Assembly: GCA_035533215.1 (NCBI GenBank) | Contig: DATLUG010000042.1 | Coordinates: forward strand, 16,330 to 80,329 | Direction: 5' to 3' | DNA: 64,000 nucleotides | Source of the DNA: Candidatus Micrarchaeia archaeon | GTDB taxonomy: Bacteria; Chloroflexota; Dormibacteria; Aeolococcales; Bog-877 | Shown: piece after piece, positions 60,914 through 64,000 of the stretch | How the letters are laid out: each line of letters begins with the position of its first letter | Numbering within the stretch: the stretch's first letter is position 1 | Program-made: the position numbers and the translations under genes | Notes under the pieces: generated by a model | The model's database searches: none | What the model saw: only the letters and a program-made list of their open reading frames with translations | What the model was told of the DNA's origin: nothing

Positions 60914-61555
60914 ATGTCGACGGCGCGCCCGCACGGCCTGTCCAGCTGGCTCCACCTGATTCCCTGCGAGCGCGCGTTCGCGGCCGGCCCGGAGGCCCCG
61001 GCGGAGGTGGCGGCGGTGCTCTGCCGCCACGGGCTCGCGGTCCCCGCCGCCGACGGCGGCCTCTCCCCGGGCCCCACGTTCGCGTCCCGGCTGCAGGACG
61101 TCCGGACCGGTCCCGTGGGCCCTTCGGCCCGGAGCGGTGCGCTGCTGCACCCGACCGTGCGGGCGGACGCCGCGGCGCCATTCCCCGCGGTCCACCCCCG
61201 CGGGGTCGTGCGGGTGGAGGCCGGCATCCTCCGGGTCTATCCGGACCCCGGACCGCTCGGCTTCCAGTCTGACCAGCCCCGTCGCTACCTTTGTGTCTGC
61301 CCCGCCTGCGGCGGAGCCCTCGACCTCTACCGCCTCAGCTTCCCGGGGACCGATCCCCTCGTCGCCGGGTGCCCGGCCTGTGCGGCCGAGGTGCCGATCG
61401 CGGAGCTGGGGTGGGACCCGCCGCTGGCGGCGGCTCGGTTCGAGGTCACCTTCGGCGACCTCGACGGTCGGCCCAGCCTTGGCGGCGACGCCGTCTTCCC
61501 GGCGCTCGAGGACGCCGCGGGCTGCCGGCTGCGCGAGGTGCACGTCACGCTGTGA
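60914..61555 (+). CDS. hypothetical protein with CxxC...CxxC zinc-ribbon segment
   Basis: ATG at 60914. GC3-saturated. YLCVCPACGGALDLYRLSFPGTDPLVAGCPACAAEV. Confidence 0.65.
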   Translation: MSTARPHGLSSWLHLIPCERAFAAGPEAPAEVAAVLCRHGLAVPAADGGLSPGPTFASRLQDVRTGPVGPSARSGALLHPTVRADAAAPFPAVHPRGVVRVEAGILRVYPDPGPLGFQSDQPRRYLCVCPACGGALDLYRLSFPGTDPLVAGCPACAAEVPIAELGWDPPLAAARFEVTFGDLDGRPSLGGDAVFPALEDAAGCRLREVHVTL

Positions 61556-61622
61556 GAGCCATCGGCGCCGGTGACGGCGGTGGCGTCGTGGTGCGGCCGG
61601 GTGGCGGGGGAGCCCGCTGGCG

Positions 61623-62015
61623 GTGAAGATCACGGTCGACCTCCACGACGTGTACAACCGCGGCTGGGAGATCGACCGCGCCCTGCGCGAGGCGATCGAC
61701 GAAGCGGAGCGGACCCACGCCGCCATGGTCGAGATCATCCCCGGCAAGGGCTCGGGCCAGCTGAAGAAGAGGGTCCTGCGCTTCCTGGACCAGCCGGAGG
61801 TGCGGTCGCGCTACCACCGGGTGGAGAAGGACTCCCGCAATTTCGGGCGCCTCTTCATCCACTTCCGCTGGGTCCGCGGGCTACCCCGGAGCGCCCCGCC
61901 CGCGCGCCGCGCCACCGGGGCCGAGACCGGCCCGCTGGCGGCTGGCCCCCCCGACGCTCAGGCACCGAGCAGCCCGAGCCACTCGCGGGGGCGGACGCCG
62001 CGGAGCGGGCGGTAG
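61623..62015 (+). CDS. Smr-domain protein
   Basis: KITVDLHDVYNRGWEIDRALREAIDEAERTHAAMVEIIPGKGSGQLKKRVLRFL. The C-terminal ~45 aa are low complexity and overlap the convergent gene by 58 nt. Confidence 0.8.
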   Translation: MKITVDLHDVYNRGWEIDRALREAIDEAERTHAAMVEIIPGKGSGQLKKRVLRFLDQPEVRSRYHRVEKDSRNFGRLFIHFRWVRGLPRSAPPARRATGAETGPLAAGPPDAQAPSSPSHSRGRTPRSGR

Positions 62016-63148
62016 CCGCAGTTGACGGCGAGGAGGGCCTGCAGCGGGGCGGGGTCGCGGGCGGCGCGGGCGATCACCCGCCGGCTCACCCGGGGGTGCC
62101 GCCCGAGCCAGAGGGCGATGCCGAGGACCCGGCGCCGGTCCCGCCAGAGCCGACGGTGCTGGTCGCGATAGCGAGCCAGCGCGACCGCGGGGGCGAGCCG
62201 TTCGTCCAGGAGGGCGGCCAGGCTGGCGGCCAGGGCCTCGGCGAGCAGCAGCCCCGTCGCCAGGCCCTCGCCGGTCGCCGGGTCGTCGTAGCCGGCGGCG
62301 TCGCCGACCAGGACCAGTCCGGGCCCGCAGATCCGGGCCGGCCGCTGGAGGAACGACCCCGCGGCGCGCGGCGGGCTGGTCTGGGCGACGTCGCGAAGGT
62401 GGGGGAGGGCCGCCCGCGCCGCCCGCGCATAGTCGCGGGCGGCGGCCCCCACCAGGCGCCGCGGTCCCAGGAGCGACACCAGGCGCTCGTCGGGCCCGAC
62501 CGGCGCCTCGTACCACTCGTGGTCGCCGCAGAGAGTGATGGTGATCCCGGGGCGGTCCTGCGCCGCCACCCGCCAGTGCCCCGCAACCCCGTACCGCTGC
62601 CGACCGTGGCGGCTCGCCGCCGGCCGGGCCCACCCCGCGGCCGCCCGCAGCGTCGAGTGCAGCCCATCCGCGGCCACGGTGACCCGGGCCGTCAGCGGTC
62701 CCGCCGAGGTGCCCACCCCGACCACGCGCGCGTCGCGGTCGGTGAGCAGCCGCTCCGCCCGCACCCCCTCGAGGAGCGTCACCATCGGCTCCCGCCGCAG
62801 CGCGTCGACCAGGGTCGCGTCGAACGTGAGCCGGCGGACCCCGAGCCCCTCGGCCGGGCCGCCGCCGGGCGGCGCGGGGAAGGCCGCGAACGCCGTGTGC
62901 GGCACGCCGGGCTGGGTGTACCCGACGCCCGGCAGCGGCTGCGCGCCGCCGGCGAGCACCGCGTCCAGCACCCGCAGGCGCCGGAGCGCCGCCACCCCGG
63001 GGGGCATCAGTCCCTCCCCGCAGGCCTTGTCCCGAGGGAAGCGGGATCGGTCGACCACCGTGACCAGGTGACCGGCGCGGGCCAGGTGCAGGGCCGTCGC
63101 GGCTCCGCTCGGGCCCGCCCCGACCACGACCGCGTCCACGGTGACCAT
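61958..63148 (-). CDS. FAD-dependent oxidoreductase, geranylgeranyl-reductase family
   Basis: VDAVVVGAGPSGAATALHLARAGHLVTVVDR, DKACGEGL, AADGLHS, LVGDAAGYDDPATGEGL. ATG at 63148. The frame stays open and GC3-high upstream to 63535. Confidence 0.85.
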   Translation of the reverse strand: MVTVDAVVVGAGPSGAATALHLARAGHLVTVVDRSRFPRDKACGEGLMPPGVAALRRLRVLDAVLAGGAQPLPGVGYTQPGVPHTAFAAFPAPPGGGPAEGLGVRRLTFDATLVDALRREPMVTLLEGVRAERLLTDRDARVVGVGTSAGPLTARVTVAADGLHSTLRAAAGWARPAASRHGRQRYGVAGHWRVAAQDRPGITITLCGDHEWYEAPVGPDERLVSLLGPRRLVGAAARDYARAARAALPHLRDVAQTSPPRAAGSFLQRPARICGPGLVLVGDAAGYDDPATGEGLATGLLLAEALAASLAALLDERLAPAVALARYRDQHRRLWRDRRRVLGIALWLGRHPRVSRRVIARAARDPAPLQALLAVNCGYRPLRGVRPREWLGLLGA

Positions 63149-63552
63149 CCGGTCATGGTGGCGCAGCGGGTGCCGGTGCGCGGGGAGCGGCCGGCGGCGG
63201 CGGGTGATGGTCCGCGGCGGCCCGAGCCGGGCGAGCGGGTGGACTGCCGCCGCCCCCGCCCACCCGGGCGCGCGCAGCGCCGCTTCGACGCGACCCAGCC
63301 GTCGCCGCGCCGCTCGGTCGCCGGCAGCGGGCACCCCGGCGAGCGGGCGGACCCGGTCGTGGGCCACGGCGCCGGCGGCTGCGAGGCGCCCGCCGGCGAT
63401 CGCGCCCTGGCACCGCACGTCGTCCATGCGCTGGCCCCGCCGGTCGCCAGCTGGCGTGATGGCGAGCCGGAGCCGGGCGAGGGCGAGATCGCGCGAGGAG
63501 CAGTCCCGCTCCGGCGACCGGCGGCGGTCGTCCACCGAGATGACCCGGCGGA

Positions 63553-64000
63553 TCAGGCCAGCCCCTCCAGCCGTGACACCGCGAGCCGACGGGCGGACCG
63601 CTCCAGCCGCCGTCCCGCCGACACCACCCGCCGCTCCCAGTGGGCGGCGCTGTTGAGGGCACCGGGCACCCGCAGCATCAGGTACAGCGCCGCCAGCGCG
63701 TAGAGGATCGACACCAGGCTGTGACCGTCGGCAACGGTGAGCTGGACCGCCACCCGCAGCACCAGCAGCTGCACGAACTGCATGAAGAGGGTGATCGTGA
63801 ACAGCCGTGCCCACTGGCGAGCGTAGACGCGCGTTTCCGGCAGCACGTGCAGCAGCGCCGCCAGCGGGGCGGTGACGCAGAGGACGGTGAGGATGGTGGC
63901 GCGGACGACGTAGGCAAGTACCAGGATCACCAGCGCCACCACCATGACGGCGGTGAGGACGAGGAGGAAGAGGTTGGTGGCGGCGGTCTGCAGAGCGGGC
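63553..64000 (-). CDS. polytopic membrane protein, partial (runs off the window), TrbL/VirB6-like pattern
   Basis: The frame is open to position 64000. ...LFLLVLTAVMVVALVILVLAYVVRATILTVLCVTAPLAALLHVLPETRVYARQWARLFTITLFMQFVQLLVL resembles, from memory, the LAPLA...LP.TR.W..W core of TrbL/VirB6-type proteins. Confidence 0.5.
   Translation of the reverse strand, partial: PALQTAATNLFLLVLTAVMVVALVILVLAYVVRATILTVLCVTAPLAALLHVLPETRVYARQWARLFTITLFMQFVQLLVLRVAVQLTVADGHSLVSILYALAALYLMLRVPGALNSAAHWERRVVSAGRRLERSARRLAVSRLEGLA

Overview
This is a 64 kb, very GC-rich chromosomal segment; real reading frames have almost every third codon position as G or C. Gene content looks actinobacterium-like, judged from family content only, with no search run. 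The six-frame track is dominated by long off-frame or antisense ORFs. I therefore called genes from recognisable protein families, GC3 saturation, start/stop coupling (GTGA/ATGA overlaps) and Shine-Dalgarno context.

I support about 60 protein genes, one tRNA-Glu(CUC), one decayed IS1380-family element with identifiable inverted repeats, and several pseudogene fragments, terminators, promoter-like sites and palindromic operators.

Content from left to right:
- An XRE-dinB-NUDIX operon.
- HAD, MBL-fold and YjbQ genes.
- A GT4 glycosyltransferase and a glycogen-debranching-type glucosidase.
- A small DUF5679 zinc-ribbon gene.
- A gltB-gltD-amt nitrogen assimilation block.
- An accessory, partly decayed region of about 9 kb (19.2-28.1 kb). 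It holds an IS3-like fragment, a MarR-like gene, DUF4242, a DUF4338 fragment, IS1380, a VOC gene, a GAF-PucR regulator and frameshifted lipoprotein-like genes.
- Central metabolism and small-molecule genes: pckA, glpX, dCMP deaminase, MoaB/Mog-family, PadR-MFS and TenA.
- A cell-envelope neighbourhood: a single-domain response regulator, a fused RodA-PBP2 ORF, mreB, a membrane pseudokinase, and two coiled-coil peptidoglycan hydrolases.
- The widespread but functionally uncharacterised DUF4129-DUF4350-MoxR-DUF58 operon with SpoIIM-like and RDD genes, plus ispH.
- A set of small unknown genes, ending in a partial TrbL/VirB6-like membrane protein at the right edge.

The most interesting observation is a consensus promoter, a leader of about 180 nt and a strong intrinsic terminator sitting 34 nt in front of gltB. 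I could not assign this candidate attenuator/riboswitch to any class I know. All homology statements come from my own reading of the translations; no database search was run.
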